Of a stretch of 63,355 bases of DNA, positions 25,974 through 35,571 are shown in pieces (the stretch's first letter is position 1; every line of letters starts with the position of its first letter). The notes below the pieces were generated by a model. That model did not search any database. It was not told where the DNA came from and worked only from the letters and a program-made list of their open reading frames with translations. Made by a program: the position numbers and the translations under genes. Source of the DNA: Frankiaceae bacterium (lineage in GTDB: Bacteria; Actinomycetota; Actinomycetes; JAFAQI01); contig JAVEEI010000134.1 of NCBI GenBank assembly GCA_030840525.1, positions 1-63,355 of the forward strand, in the 5' to 3' direction.

Positions 25974-27986
25974 TCAGCGGCCGTGCCGCCGGGTCTGCAG
26001 CCCGAGCTGCGCGAGCTTCAACCGGTGCGCGACCCGCTTCGGCAGGAAGAACCCGACCCGGCCGAGCCGCCGTCGCTGGTTGACCCACAAGCCGAACTTG
26101 GCGGGCGGTCGCAGGTACGCCGGCGTCAGCGCGACCGAGGCGGGCAGCCACAGCCGCTTGCCCTCGTACGTCCGCCGGGTCGTCTTGTGCAGGAAGTCGC
26201 GCAGCTCGATCGGCGTCGCGAGCAGGTTGCGCGACGACGCGAGGATGTCGTCTTCGTAGACGTAGCGGCCCCACGCCTGCGCCTCCGCGCGGGTGGGCCG
26301 CAGCCAGAAGTCGCCGAGTACGGCGGCGACCGCGGGGCGCAGGTCGGCGCGTAGCTGCGCGATGTCGGCGTCGAGCACCCACTCGTCGACGAACCGGAAC
26401 ACGGCCTCGCGGTAGAGATCCCACGGCCACTCGTCGAGCGTCGGGTTGGTCGGGCTGGCGAGCACCGGCTCGACCCGGTCGCCGTCGCGGCGGAAGCCGA
26501 CCGTCACGCCGTGGTTGGCGACGGTGAACGTCTCCAGCGGCCCGTACGCCTCGTCGAAGTCGCCGACGTGGCCGGTCTCGGCGACCTCGTCGAACAGGTA
26601 GCCCTTGACGACGGACGGGTCCTGGTGGCCGTCCAAGCGCTTCATGTAGCCGAAGAACCACACCCGGCTGATCGGCGTCGCGTCCGGCGGCAGGTTCTCC
26701 GTCAGCGCCTTGACGATGCGTCCGGACCAGCCGGTGTCGACGAGGGCGTACGGGACGCCATCGCAGAAGCCTTCCTGCCGCAGGTAGTCGTGCAGCAGGT
26801 CGTGCAGCTCGACCGCATGCCGGCGTACGTCTTCGGCGAGCACGGTGTCCGCAATGATCGCGTCGATCATCCACTGCTCGACCAGCTCGTCCGGCGCGGT
26901 CGGGCGGGGCAGCCGCTCGCGCGCCGCGTTGGCTTCCTCGGGGGTGAGACCGAGCCGCTGGAAGACCTGGCCGACCGGCACGCGGTACATCGCCTTCCAC
27001 GCCCACGACGCCTCGTCCAGGCCGCGGGTGGCCTGCCCGGCGCGGTGGTAGACGCTGCGGCTGCCGTAGAGGTAGCGCAGGTCGAGGTCGAGGCCGAGCT
27101 GCGCGCACAGCCGCTGCGCGATCAGGTAGAGAATCTCGCCGTCGCGCGCGACGAAGTAGAGCCGGCGAATGCCTTCGCGCTGCGCGTTGTTGAGCACCCA
27201 CAACACGTACGCCGACAGGATCGGCGCCGCGACGCTGGTGGCGACGTCGACGATCGGGCGCAGCTCGGCCGGTGCCTCGACGCTGAGCCGGGCGAGCCGC
27301 GACGCGCCGGCGACCAGTGCGCTCAGGCCACCGGTCTCGTAGCGCGCGTCGTCCCACGCCTGCTCGTAGCGGTTCAGCGACGCGGCGCCGGCGTGCTCCG
27401 CCCGCAACCCCAGCAGCCGCGGCACCCGTACGTCGCTGCCGAGGTTGTCGCCGGTGTGCCGCACGTCGCGCGCGGACACGTCGAAGTGGGTCAGCAGGTG
27501 GTGGAACAGGTGGCCGTCGGACTTGGTGAGACCGTGGTCGGCGGAGACGACGACGTCGTCGAGCAGGTCCTCGAGGCCGCTCTGCGCGAGCAGGCTGCGG
27601 ACGACGTCGGTCGGCAGGTACATGTCGGACACCGCGACGCGGCGGCCGCCAGCCGACTTCAGCAGGTCGACGGCGCCGGGCACCGCGCGCGACAGCCGGT
27701 GTTCGAGCTGCACCTCGAGCTCTTGCAGTCGCCGTGCCGACGGCTCGTCGAGGCCGAGGCTTACCGCGATCTCGTCGTAGATGCGGGTCAGCGTCGTCTC
27801 TGGCCGGCCGCGGCGCGACCGCCGCTCGGCCGCGATGCGCACCCGCGCGAACTCCTCGGCGCCGCAGCCCGTGATCGCCGCTACCTCGGCGGTCCGGCCG
27901 AGCAGCAAGAAGACGGCGGTCGGGCTGCCGACGACACGGGTGAGCAGCGTGTCGAAGACGTCGAAGCTGTGTACCTGGTGGCTCAT
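25974..27986 (-). CDS. large HAD-superfamily protein (COG5610-like) with ~450-aa uncharacterised C-terminal region
   Basis: 670 aa. N-terminal FDVFDTLLTR (DxDxT) and a later VSDMY / GDN motif. ATG 27986 overlaps the upstream stop (ATGA). Confidence 0.78.
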   Translation of the reverse strand: MSHQVHSFDVFDTLLTRVVGSPTAVFLLLGRTAEVAAITGCGAEEFARVRIAAERRSRRGRPETTLTRIYDEIAVSLGLDEPSARRLQELEVQLEHRLSRAVPGAVDLLKSAGGRRVAVSDMYLPTDVVRSLLAQSGLEDLLDDVVVSADHGLTKSDGHLFHHLLTHFDVSARDVRHTGDNLGSDVRVPRLLGLRAEHAGAASLNRYEQAWDDARYETGGLSALVAGASRLARLSVEAPAELRPIVDVATSVAAPILSAYVLWVLNNAQREGIRRLYFVARDGEILYLIAQRLCAQLGLDLDLRYLYGSRSVYHRAGQATRGLDEASWAWKAMYRVPVGQVFQRLGLTPEEANAARERLPRPTAPDELVEQWMIDAIIADTVLAEDVRRHAVELHDLLHDYLRQEGFCDGVPYALVDTGWSGRIVKALTENLPPDATPISRVWFFGYMKRLDGHQDPSVVKGYLFDEVAETGHVGDFDEAYGPLETFTVANHGVTVGFRRDGDRVEPVLASPTNPTLDEWPWDLYREAVFRFVDEWVLDADIAQLRADLRPAVAAVLGDFWLRPTRAEAQAWGRYVYEDDILASSRNLLATPIELRDFLHKTTRRTYEGKRLWLPASVALTPAYLRPPAKFGLWVNQRRRLGRVGFFLPKRVAHRLKLAQLGLQTRRHGR

Positions 27987-29509
27987 GCCGGGACTCCACT
28001 GCGGATCTGGGCGTCGATCGAAACCTGCGGCTCGGCCGGTGCCGGTACGACGGCCTCGTCCGGCGTCGGGTCCGGATGGCGCGCGGCCTGCCAGAGCGCG
28101 CGGAACGGTTGCAGCGCAACGGGTACGGCGACTGCGAGGCTGACGAGCAGAGCGACCGCCGCGGCGGTCAGCGTCGGCGCGACCCAACCGTTCGTCTGCG
28201 CCGCGACGAGGTTAGCGACGCCGCGGCCGGCGAGGAACGCGGCCGCGAAGACACCGACCGGCGCCGCGGTGGGCCCGCCGAGCGGCAGGCCGAGGATGCG
28301 CCGGCACGCGACGACGACGATCGTCGACTCGATGACCGCCATGCCGACCCATGCGAGCGCACCGGCCGCGACCCCACCGAGCGGCAGCAGCAGCGCCATC
28401 GAGCCCATGAACCATGCGGTGCAGCCGGCGACGGCCATCGCGGCGACGCCGAGCCGGCGCGCGGCGACGAGCAGGCCGACGCCGAGGCTGTTGATCGGGC
28501 CGGCGATGACGAGAGCCACCGCGATCGCCGCGACGGCCGGGACCGCTTCGTTCCACCGGTGCCCGAACACGGCCGGCACGATCCACGGCGCCGGCGCGGC
28601 GACGACGGCGAGCACGATGGCCGTGACGGTGCCGGTGACGAGGAACCCCGATCGCATCTGCGTGCGGGCACCGTCGTCGCGCCGCAACGCGCGCGCGCCG
28701 ACCGGCACCGCGAGCGCGGCGATCGACTGGAAGACGACGAACACCGGACTCAGCACGCGGTACGCGAACTGCAACAGGCCGAGGTCGCGGGTGCCGACGA
28801 GCAGCGACACGAAGCTCGCCGTGACCAGGTCGCGGAACGCGACGAGCAGGCTGAATCCTTGGAACGGCGCGGCTTCCCGCACCATCGCGCGGACGGTGAC
28901 CGGTGTCGCGTCGTCGAGCGGTCGCGGTGCGCCGCGGCGTAGCCAGAGCAGGATGACGGCGCTGCCGGCGAGCGAGCCGGCGAGGTCGCCGCCGATGATC
29001 GCGCCCGGTCCGCGGTCGACGACGACGAGACTGAGCGCGACCGCTGCTTGGGTGAGCTGGCCGATGCCGTCGGCGAACGCGAGCCCGCGGAAGTCGAGTG
29101 TCCGTTGCAGCCCAACGCGGATCGGCAGGCTCGACGCGCGCACCGGCAGCTTGACCGAGCTGAGTACGACGAGCGGCGCGAGCTGCGGGACGACGAGTGC
29201 GGCCGCGGCGGCCAGTACGACGATCCCGACGCCGAGGCCGACTTGCAACCGCGTCGCGGCCCGCAGTTGCGCGCGGCTCGGCTCGGCCGGCTGGCGGACG
29301 AGGCTCGTGGTCAACCCCGCGTCGATCAGCGTCATCGCGATGCCGGTGATGCTGAGCACGATCGCGGCCTTGCCCAGGTCGCTCGGGACCAACAACCGCG
29401 CGACGACGAGCGTCGAGACGAACGTCAGGCACCGCTCCCACGCCGTACGGACGGCGAGCGCGAACGCCGACGCGAACACGCGCCGGGTGACGTTGAGGTG
29501 TCGGTCCAT
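27983..29509 (-). CDS. MOP-superfamily oligo/polysaccharide flippase (Wzx-like)
   Basis: 508 aa from ATG 29509 (MDRHLNVTRRVF...), about 12-14 TM helices. Confidence 0.78.
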   Translation of the reverse strand: MDRHLNVTRRVFASAFALAVRTAWERCLTFVSTLVVARLLVPSDLGKAAIVLSITGIAMTLIDAGLTTSLVRQPAEPSRAQLRAATRLQVGLGVGIVVLAAAAALVVPQLAPLVVLSSVKLPVRASSLPIRVGLQRTLDFRGLAFADGIGQLTQAAVALSLVVVDRGPGAIIGGDLAGSLAGSAVILLWLRRGAPRPLDDATPVTVRAMVREAAPFQGFSLLVAFRDLVTASFVSLLVGTRDLGLLQFAYRVLSPVFVVFQSIAALAVPVGARALRRDDGARTQMRSGFLVTGTVTAIVLAVVAAPAPWIVPAVFGHRWNEAVPAVAAIAVALVIAGPINSLGVGLLVAARRLGVAAMAVAGCTAWFMGSMALLLPLGGVAAGALAWVGMAVIESTIVVVACRRILGLPLGGPTAAPVGVFAAAFLAGRGVANLVAAQTNGWVAPTLTAAAVALLVSLAVAVPVALQPFRALWQAARHPDPTPDEAVVPAPAEPQVSIDAQIRSGVPA

Positions 29510-29523
29510 CGAACGCGAGCCGA

Positions 29524-30297
29524 TCAGGCGGCCTGGCGCAGCGCCACGCGGGCGAGGCACTCGGCCAGTTGCTCGCCGACGATGCGGTGCACGTCGACCG
29601 ACATGTGCAGCCCGTCGGGCAACGCGTCCGGCCCCTGTGCCGCGACGATGTCGTCGAGCGGGAACACGGTCGCGTTCTGGGCGGCGGCGACGCGAAGGAT
29701 CGCGGCGTTGATCAGGTCGACGCGGCGCAGCAGCGTCGGGTTCAGGAACGGCGTCGGCGCTGTCGCCGGGTATGCCGTCATCAGCACGAGGCGGCTGCCG
29801 ACCTGCTCGCGGATGCGCGTGCAGAGCGCGTTGAGCTCAGACTCGAACCGGGGCACCGGCGTGCGGGACCAGTTCACCGGCAGGTGCGGGTCGACCCGGC
29901 GTTCCATCCGGTGGATCGTCATCAGCGCGGATTTTGCCCGCCGCCAGTACGCGTCGCGGACCCGGCTGCTGTGCCGCTCGACCCCGAGCAGGTGCATGAT
30001 CAGCGCGCGCGGCACGACCCGCGGGAACGCCTCGCCGAGACCGAACTGCAGCACCACGACGTCGGGTCGCGTCTGCGAAAGCGGGACCGACCAGATGCCG
30101 GCAAAGTCGTTGATGAGCCCGTAGATCCGGGAGTCGTTCGACACGTCGAACCGCCGGCCGTCGACCTCCTGCCGGGCGAGGACCGCGGGGTAGGTGAGGT
30201 GCAGCTCGCCGTCCGGGCGCGGGCCGGTGACGAGCTGCGTCACGGACGCGCCGAACACCGCGACCGACAGCGGCCGGCTCCGGTCGTCGACGTTCAT
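29524..30297 (-). CDS. SGNH/GDSL-type hydrolase (esterase/acyl-modifying enzyme)
   Basis: 257 aa. Block I VAVFGASVT and block V PDGLH (DxxH). ATG overlaps the upstream stop (ATGA). Confidence 0.68.
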   Translation of the reverse strand: MNVDDRSRPLSVAVFGASVTQLVTGPRPDGELHLTYPAVLARQEVDGRRFDVSNDSRIYGLINDFAGIWSVPLSQTRPDVVVLQFGLGEAFPRVVPRALIMHLLGVERHSSRVRDAYWRRAKSALMTIHRMERRVDPHLPVNWSRTPVPRFESELNALCTRIREQVGSRLVLMTAYPATAPTPFLNPTLLRRVDLINAAILRVAAAQNATVFPLDDIVAAQGPDALPDGLHMSVDVHRIVGEQLAECLARVALRQAA

Positions 30298-31163
30298 CGC
30301 ATGACCTTCAGGTGACGCATGCTGATGACCGTGCGCTCGGCCTCGTCGGTGAGCCGCTCGGCCTCGAGGTCCTGTAGCTCGATCACGTGCAGCAGCAGGT
30401 CGAGACGGTTGCGTTCGGCCGCTTCCAGCGTCGGGTTGCCGACGTACGGCGCCATCAGCGTCTCGATGTCGGACCACTGCGGGTGCGTCTTGTCGCCGAT
30501 GACGCCGAGGCCGAACACCATCGGCGTGGTGAGCATCGCGAGCGACGGGTCGGCGGCAAGCACGTCCTCGATGGCGGTGCGTACGCCGTTGCGCGGACCG
30601 CCTTCGTGCAGCGCGAACGCGAATGCGCCCTCGCCGCGGAAGCCGCGTCCTTCGCGGGTGAGCTCGGTCGAGTCGAGGGTCGCGCCGCGGGTGAACGAGT
30701 GCGGCCAGACGGCCTCGGCCGGCAGCCGGTCCGGCGCGTAGTACTGGTCGCGGCGGCCGCTGGGCCAGCCGACGTCGTGCATGACCGCGATGGCGCCGCG
30801 CGGGCCACCCTGGCTGCTCGCGGCGAAAATCGCCTCGACCTCACCGCGCACGGTCACGTAGTTGTGGTCGCCGTCGACGACGTACAGGCCCGCCGGCGGC
30901 AGGCCGGCGAGTGCCTCGGGCGAGTAGCCCTCGACGACGACGACGTTCGAATGCTCGGCGGCGAAGGCGCGCAGCAACTCCGACGGCGCGGGCTCGACGA
31001 CGTACAGCGAGCCGCCGCGCCGCGCGGCCGCGGTCGCGAGCCGCACCGACATCTCGCCGCTCTCGCTGCCGATCTCGACGACGTCGGGGCAGGCTGGCAA
31101 CGCCGCCAACCGCTCGATCAGGTCGGCGTAGAACGTCAGTGAGTGCAACATCAGCGGCGGCAT
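30294..31163 (-). CDS. class I SAM-dependent methyltransferase (Methyltransf_24-like)
   Basis: 289 aa. VVEIGSESGEMS glycine-rich loop and YVVDGDHNY. First gene of a four-gene coupled minus-strand operon. Confidence 0.68.
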   Translation of the reverse strand: MPPLMLHSLTFYADLIERLAALPACPDVVEIGSESGEMSVRLATAAARRGGSLYVVEPAPSELLRAFAAEHSNVVVVEGYSPEALAGLPPAGLYVVDGDHNYVTVRGEVEAIFAASSQGGPRGAIAVMHDVGWPSGRRDQYYAPDRLPAEAVWPHSFTRGATLDSTELTREGRGFRGEGAFAFALHEGGPRNGVRTAIEDVLAADPSLAMLTTPMVFGLGVIGDKTHPQWSDIETLMAPYVGNPTLEAAERNRLDLLLHVIELQDLEAERLTDEAERTVISMRHLKVMR

Positions 31164-31479
31164 GGCCGGCGTACTCCTCGCTGGGGTGAGGGCAGGCGGA
31201 ATCGAGGCCTGCACCCAGGAGAACGAACGGACCGCCGAAACGTCGCGGGATCGGTGTGATCGGTCACCCGGACGTGAGGCTGGTGTGACGTATGCCGGAT
31301 ATATCCCGGTCTCTCCCACGAGTTGGTCACGGATTGCGAGCAACCGCGCGATTTTTTCGCGACAGGCCCGTTGTCCCCGGCAACACCGCAAGAACCCTGT
31401 CCCAGTTTTTACCGGTACCTCCGTTCGCCGACCCAGCGTTCGACGGTCTCCCGGACCGGATGCGACCAGGAGCACAACC

Positions 31480-32388
31480 ATGTCTTCCTCAACCGCGCTG
31501 CGCTCTCCACACGGCAAGGGCCGTGCGGTGCACCACCCTGCGGACGTCCTCTCGCTGCCGGCGAGCCTCGACCCGAACGGGCCGCGGGTGAGCGTCGTCA
31601 TCCCGACGAAGAACGAGGCGGAAAACCTGCCGTGGGTCTTCGAGCGGCTGCCAGCGGGGGTCGCCGAGGTCATCGTCGTCGACGCCCAGAGCACCGACGG
31701 CACGGTCGAGCTCGCCCGATCGCTGCGCGAGGACGTCGTCATCGTTCAGCAGACGCGGCGCGGGAAGGGCAACGCGCTTGCCTGCGCGTTCGAGGTCGCG
31801 ACCGGTGACATCCTCGTCATGCTCGACGCCGACGGCTCGGCGCACCCCGCCGAGATCCTGCACTTCGTCCGCGCGCTCGAGGACGGCGCCGACTTCGCGA
31901 AGGGCTCGCGATTCGTCGGCGGCGGCGGCAGCGCCGACATCACCCGGCTGCGCCGGATGGGCAACGCGGCGCTGTCCCGCATGGTCAACGTGCTCTTCGG
32001 CACCCGGTTCACCGATCTTTGCTACGGCTACAACGCCTTCTGGGCGCACTGCCTGCCGTACCTCGAGCTGCCGTCGGTGGCGGGCGATGAGGCGATGCCC
32101 GGTGACGGCTTCGAGATCGAGACGCTGATCAACATCCGGGTCGCGCAGTCGCCGCTCGCGGTGACCGAGGTGGCGAGCTACGAGTCGGAGCGGCTCAACG
32201 GCGTCAGCAACCTCAACGCGTGGCGCGACGGCTGGCGCGTCCTCGGCGTGATCCTCGCCGAGCGCCGCGCCCACCGCCGGGCCCGCCGCGCCGCCGAGCT
32301 GCCGCGCGTGTTCGTCCCGTACCCGACCGAGACGCCGGTCATCGAGAGGGCGAACCGCCGGGTGGCCTTCGCGGAAGACGTCGCGTAA
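31480..32388 (+). CDS. GT2 glycosyltransferase, polyprenyl-phosphate sugar synthase-like (Dpm1/GtrB/AglD type)
   Basis: 302 aa. VSVVIPTKNEAENL and the DxD motif in VMLDADGS. RBS AGGAG lies 8 nt upstream of ATG 31480. Confidence 0.85.
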   Translation: MSSSTALRSPHGKGRAVHHPADVLSLPASLDPNGPRVSVVIPTKNEAENLPWVFERLPAGVAEVIVVDAQSTDGTVELARSLREDVVIVQQTRRGKGNALACAFEVATGDILVMLDADGSAHPAEILHFVRALEDGADFAKGSRFVGGGGSADITRLRRMGNAALSRMVNVLFGTRFTDLCYGYNAFWAHCLPYLELPSVAGDEAMPGDGFEIETLINIRVAQSPLAVTEVASYESERLNGVSNLNAWRDGWRVLGVILAERRAHRRARRAAELPRVFVPYPTETPVIERANRRVAFAEDVA

Positions 32389-32488
32389 GCGACGAACCGA
32401 CCGAGACCCCCCAGCACATGTCCCGCGCAACATCTGAGCGGGCCTCGCTGGTCGCGGCGCCGTGCATCCGAGCCGTCGAGGCCCGAAG

Positions 32489-34357
32489 ATGGCAGTGATG
32501 ACCGAGGTCGCGCCGCTACCCGTCGTGTCGCCGCCGCACCGGCCGCGCCGCCTCCGCGCCGCCGCCGGCCTGCTGCTCCTGCTCGCCACCGTCGCGGCCG
32601 GCGTGACCCTGATCGTCGTCGCGTACGCGATGGCGAAGCACTCGACCAGCGTCGAGCACTTCCACGTCTTCTGGCTCGGGTTCGCCCTCGTGCTGGTCCC
32701 GATCACCGTCGCCGGCGGTCGCGCGCCGGGGCGGTGGACCGCGGCGGGACTGCTCGTGGCGTACGGCGTCATCACGATGCTCCCGAAGTTCCTGATGAGC
32801 CCCAACGGGCCGGTCTTCTTCGACGAGTTCGGGCACATCCGGCATGCGAACGACATCGTCGCCTCGGGCCACCTCGACGTGCCGAGCGCGTACCTGCCGA
32901 TCCTGCGCGGCTACCCCGGCCTCGAAGTGCTGACCGCGTGGGTGCACGACGTGACCGGCGTCTCCACCTGGCACGTCGGCCAAGCCATCGTGCTGGTCGC
33001 GCACTGCGCCGTGCTGCTCGTCGTCCGGTGGATCGCGCGGATGGCCGGGCTCGGCGACCGCGCCGCCTTCTTCGCCGCGATCGTCTACTCGCTCAACCCG
33101 AGTTACGTGTACTTCGACACGCAGTACGCGTACGAGTCGCTCGGGCTGCCGCTGTGCTTCGCCGCGATCGCGCTCGCGTTCGCCATCATGCGGACGCGGA
33201 CGGTGCGAGCCGGCCTGTTCTTCATGGCCGCCGCGCTCGCCGCGGTCGGCGCGTGCATCGTCACGCACCACGTTTCCGCGGCCGTGATGGTCATCATGCT
33301 CGAGCTCGTCTCCGTCATCACGCCGGTCGCGGGCCGGCGTTCGCTTACGCCGATCGCGCGCTGGGGCGCGCCCGTCGTCGCGTTCCTCGGTCTCGTCGGC
33401 CTCGCGCTATGGGTGACGTTCGTCGCGCCGACGACGCTCGACTACATCACCCCGCACGTGCGCGGCGGCATCCGCGGTGTCGTCGAGATCTTCACCGGGC
33501 ACTCGACGACCACGACCGGCTCCGCGCGCCATCAGCTCTTTTCCGGGAGCACCGTCCCGTCGTACGAGAAGGTGTTCGCGTACGTCGCTCCCGCGCTCGC
33601 CGGTCTTGCCGTGCTCGGCGCGCTGATCCAGGCGGTGCGCGACCGTCGCGACAGCCGCCGGATCGTGCTGGTCACGCCGTTCATCGCGCTGGCCGCGCTG
33701 TACTTCGTGTCGCTGCCGCTCGCGCTCACCGTCGACGGCGGCGAGACCGCGCACCGCGCGTGGGGGTACGGCTACCTCGGCATCGCGATCTGCGCGGCGT
33801 ACGCGGCGCCGTTCTGGACCCGGCTCCGGGTGCTGCGGATGCGGTGGGGCTGGCCGATCGTCGGCATCGTGGCGCTGTTCTCCGCGGGAGTCGGCAACGT
33901 CGCGGCCGGCGAGAACGTGGGGTACCGCTTCCCGGGGCCGTACCAGTTCGGCACCGACACGCGTTCGCAGACACCGGAGCTGCACCGGCTGGCGGCGTGG
34001 ATCCGCGACAACCTGCCGCAAGGCGCGAAGGTCGTCACCGACCGGTTCACCGGCGAGGTCGTGACCAGCGAGACGACGCTCGACGTGCCCAACCCCGACG
34101 AGTCGCGCGCGTACGGGCTCTACCGTGAAGGCGACAACGCGTCGCCGTCGTTGCGCGCGTTCCTCGCCCGGCACGGATTTCGCTACTGGATCCTCGACAA
34201 GCGCATCGTCAGCGAGCTGCCGCAGGGCAAGTTCTTCGAGGGCTACATCGGTCCGGCGAGTGTCAACCAGGCCGCCCTGGCCGGGCTCGGTACGTCGAGC
34301 TTCCTGTCCGCCGAGTACTCGAGCGCGCACTACGTCGTGCTCGTCATCGCACCGTGA
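32489..34357 (+). CDS. polytopic GT-C-like membrane glycosyltransferase with extracytoplasmic C-terminal domain
   Basis: About 622 aa with at least 11 hydrophobic helices followed by a ~170-aa soluble C-terminus. Immediately downstream of the GT2 gene. Alternative GTG start at 32462. Confidence 0.68.
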   Translation: MAVMTEVAPLPVVSPPHRPRRLRAAAGLLLLLATVAAGVTLIVVAYAMAKHSTSVEHFHVFWLGFALVLVPITVAGGRAPGRWTAAGLLVAYGVITMLPKFLMSPNGPVFFDEFGHIRHANDIVASGHLDVPSAYLPILRGYPGLEVLTAWVHDVTGVSTWHVGQAIVLVAHCAVLLVVRWIARMAGLGDRAAFFAAIVYSLNPSYVYFDTQYAYESLGLPLCFAAIALAFAIMRTRTVRAGLFFMAAALAAVGACIVTHHVSAAVMVIMLELVSVITPVAGRRSLTPIARWGAPVVAFLGLVGLALWVTFVAPTTLDYITPHVRGGIRGVVEIFTGHSTTTTGSARHQLFSGSTVPSYEKVFAYVAPALAGLAVLGALIQAVRDRRDSRRIVLVTPFIALAALYFVSLPLALTVDGGETAHRAWGYGYLGIAICAAYAAPFWTRLRVLRMRWGWPIVGIVALFSAGVGNVAAGENVGYRFPGPYQFGTDTRSQTPELHRLAAWIRDNLPQGAKVVTDRFTGEVVTSETTLDVPNPDESRAYGLYREGDNASPSLRAFLARHGFRYWILDKRIVSELPQGKFFEGYIGPASVNQAALAGLGTSSFLSAEYSSAHYVVLVIAP

Positions 34358-35571
34358 GGGTGCTGCTCGTCAGCGACTTCTTCCCGCCGGTGCGCGGTGG
34401 GCTCGAGGTCCACGTGGACGAGCTCGCGGCGGAGCTGTCCGCGCGCGGCCACGACGTGCACGTCGCGACGCTGACACCGGACGCCACGCCGACCGCCGAC
34501 TCGGTGCAGGTGCACGTGGTCACGACGCTGTCGAGCGCCGTAGTCCGGCACGAGCACGCGGACCGCCCGTTCCACCCGCCGGTGCCGGACCCGCGCGCGC
34601 ACACCGCTCTCGCCACGCTGGTCACGAAGCTCCGGCCCGACGTCGTGCACGCGCACAGCTGGCTCGGCGTCTCGCTGCCGCGGCGGCACCGGCCGCCGGT
34701 CGTGTTCACCGCGCACGACTACGCGCTCATCTGCCAGCTGCACACCCTCCTGCGTACGACGGGGCTGCGTACGACGGGGCTGCGTACGACGGGCGAGCGG
34801 TGCGGCGGGCCCTCGGCGCGCGCGTGCGTGCCGTGCGGGGCGAGGCGGCACGGCGTGGTGCGCTCGGTCGCGCTCGCCACGTCCACGCCGGTCGGCCGCC
34901 GGCTGCTGCCCGCCGACCGGGTGCTGACGCTGAGCGCGCACGTCGCGGCCACGATCCGCCCGTACCTGCGGGTCCCGGTCGAGACCGTCGGCGGCTTCGT
35001 TCGCGCAGTCCGCACCGCCGCGCCGAACGGGAACGTCGAGCTGCCGGCGCTGCCGGCCGGGCCGTTCGTGCTGTACGCCGGCGACCCCGGGCCGCACAAG
35101 GGTCTCGACCTGCTGCTCGACCTCTGGGCCGGGTCGGCGGTGCCGGCGCCGCTCGTCGTCGCGACCACGAAACCATTGGTACGCAACGTTTCCGGCGACG
35201 TCACCGTCGTGACACTGAGCCGCGATCAGATGGCCGTCGCGCAACGTCGCGCGGCCGTCGCCGTCGTGCCGTCGCAGTGGGACGAGCCGTACGGGATGGT
35301 CGCCGCCGAGGCGCTCACGGCCGGCGTGCCGGTCGTCGCCAGCCGGGTCGGTGCGCTGCCGGAGCTGGTGACCGACGGCGTCGACGGCGTGCTCGTGCCG
35401 GCCGGCGACCGCGACGCCCTCGGCGCCGCGCTCACCGGGCTGGTCACCGACGAGCCGCGGCGCGCGGCGTTCGCGGCGGCGGCGGTGCGCGGCGCCGTAC
35501 GGTTCGGCCCGGACGCGGTGCTGCCGCGGATCGAAGCCGCATACCGCGCCGCGATGCAGCGGGCCGCGTGA
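34354..35571 (+). CDS. GT4 glycosyltransferase
   Basis: 405 aa. N-terminal MRVLLVSDFFPPVRGG and E-x7-E (EPYGMVAAE). GTGA overlap with the upstream stop. Confidence 0.87.
   Translation: MRVLLVSDFFPPVRGGLEVHVDELAAELSARGHDVHVATLTPDATPTADSVQVHVVTTLSSAVVRHEHADRPFHPPVPDPRAHTALATLVTKLRPDVVHAHSWLGVSLPRRHRPPVVFTAHDYALICQLHTLLRTTGLRTTGLRTTGERCGGPSARACVPCGARRHGVVRSVALATSTPVGRRLLPADRVLTLSAHVAATIRPYLRVPVETVGGFVRAVRTAAPNGNVELPALPAGPFVLYAGDPGPHKGLDLLLDLWAGSAVPAPLVVATTKPLVRNVSGDVTVVTLSRDQMAVAQRRAAVAVVPSQWDEPYGMVAAEALTAGVPVVASRVGALPELVTDGVDGVLVPAGDRDALGAALTGLVTDEPRRAAFAAAAVRGAVRFGPDAVLPRIEAAYRAAMQRAA
34750..34794 (+). repeat. in-frame 15-bp x3 tandem repeat (LRTTG x3) inside the GT4 gene
   Basis: CTGCGTACGACGGGG occurs three times; the last copy ends in C. 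Confidence 0.9.

Noticed and set aside
31297-31306. Palindrome GGATATATCC and the small CGCGA-ttttt-TCGCG hairpin in the island's divergent promoter region.
   Set aside because: Too short to distinguish from chance. It probably just reflects AT-rich promoter DNA (possible -10 elements).
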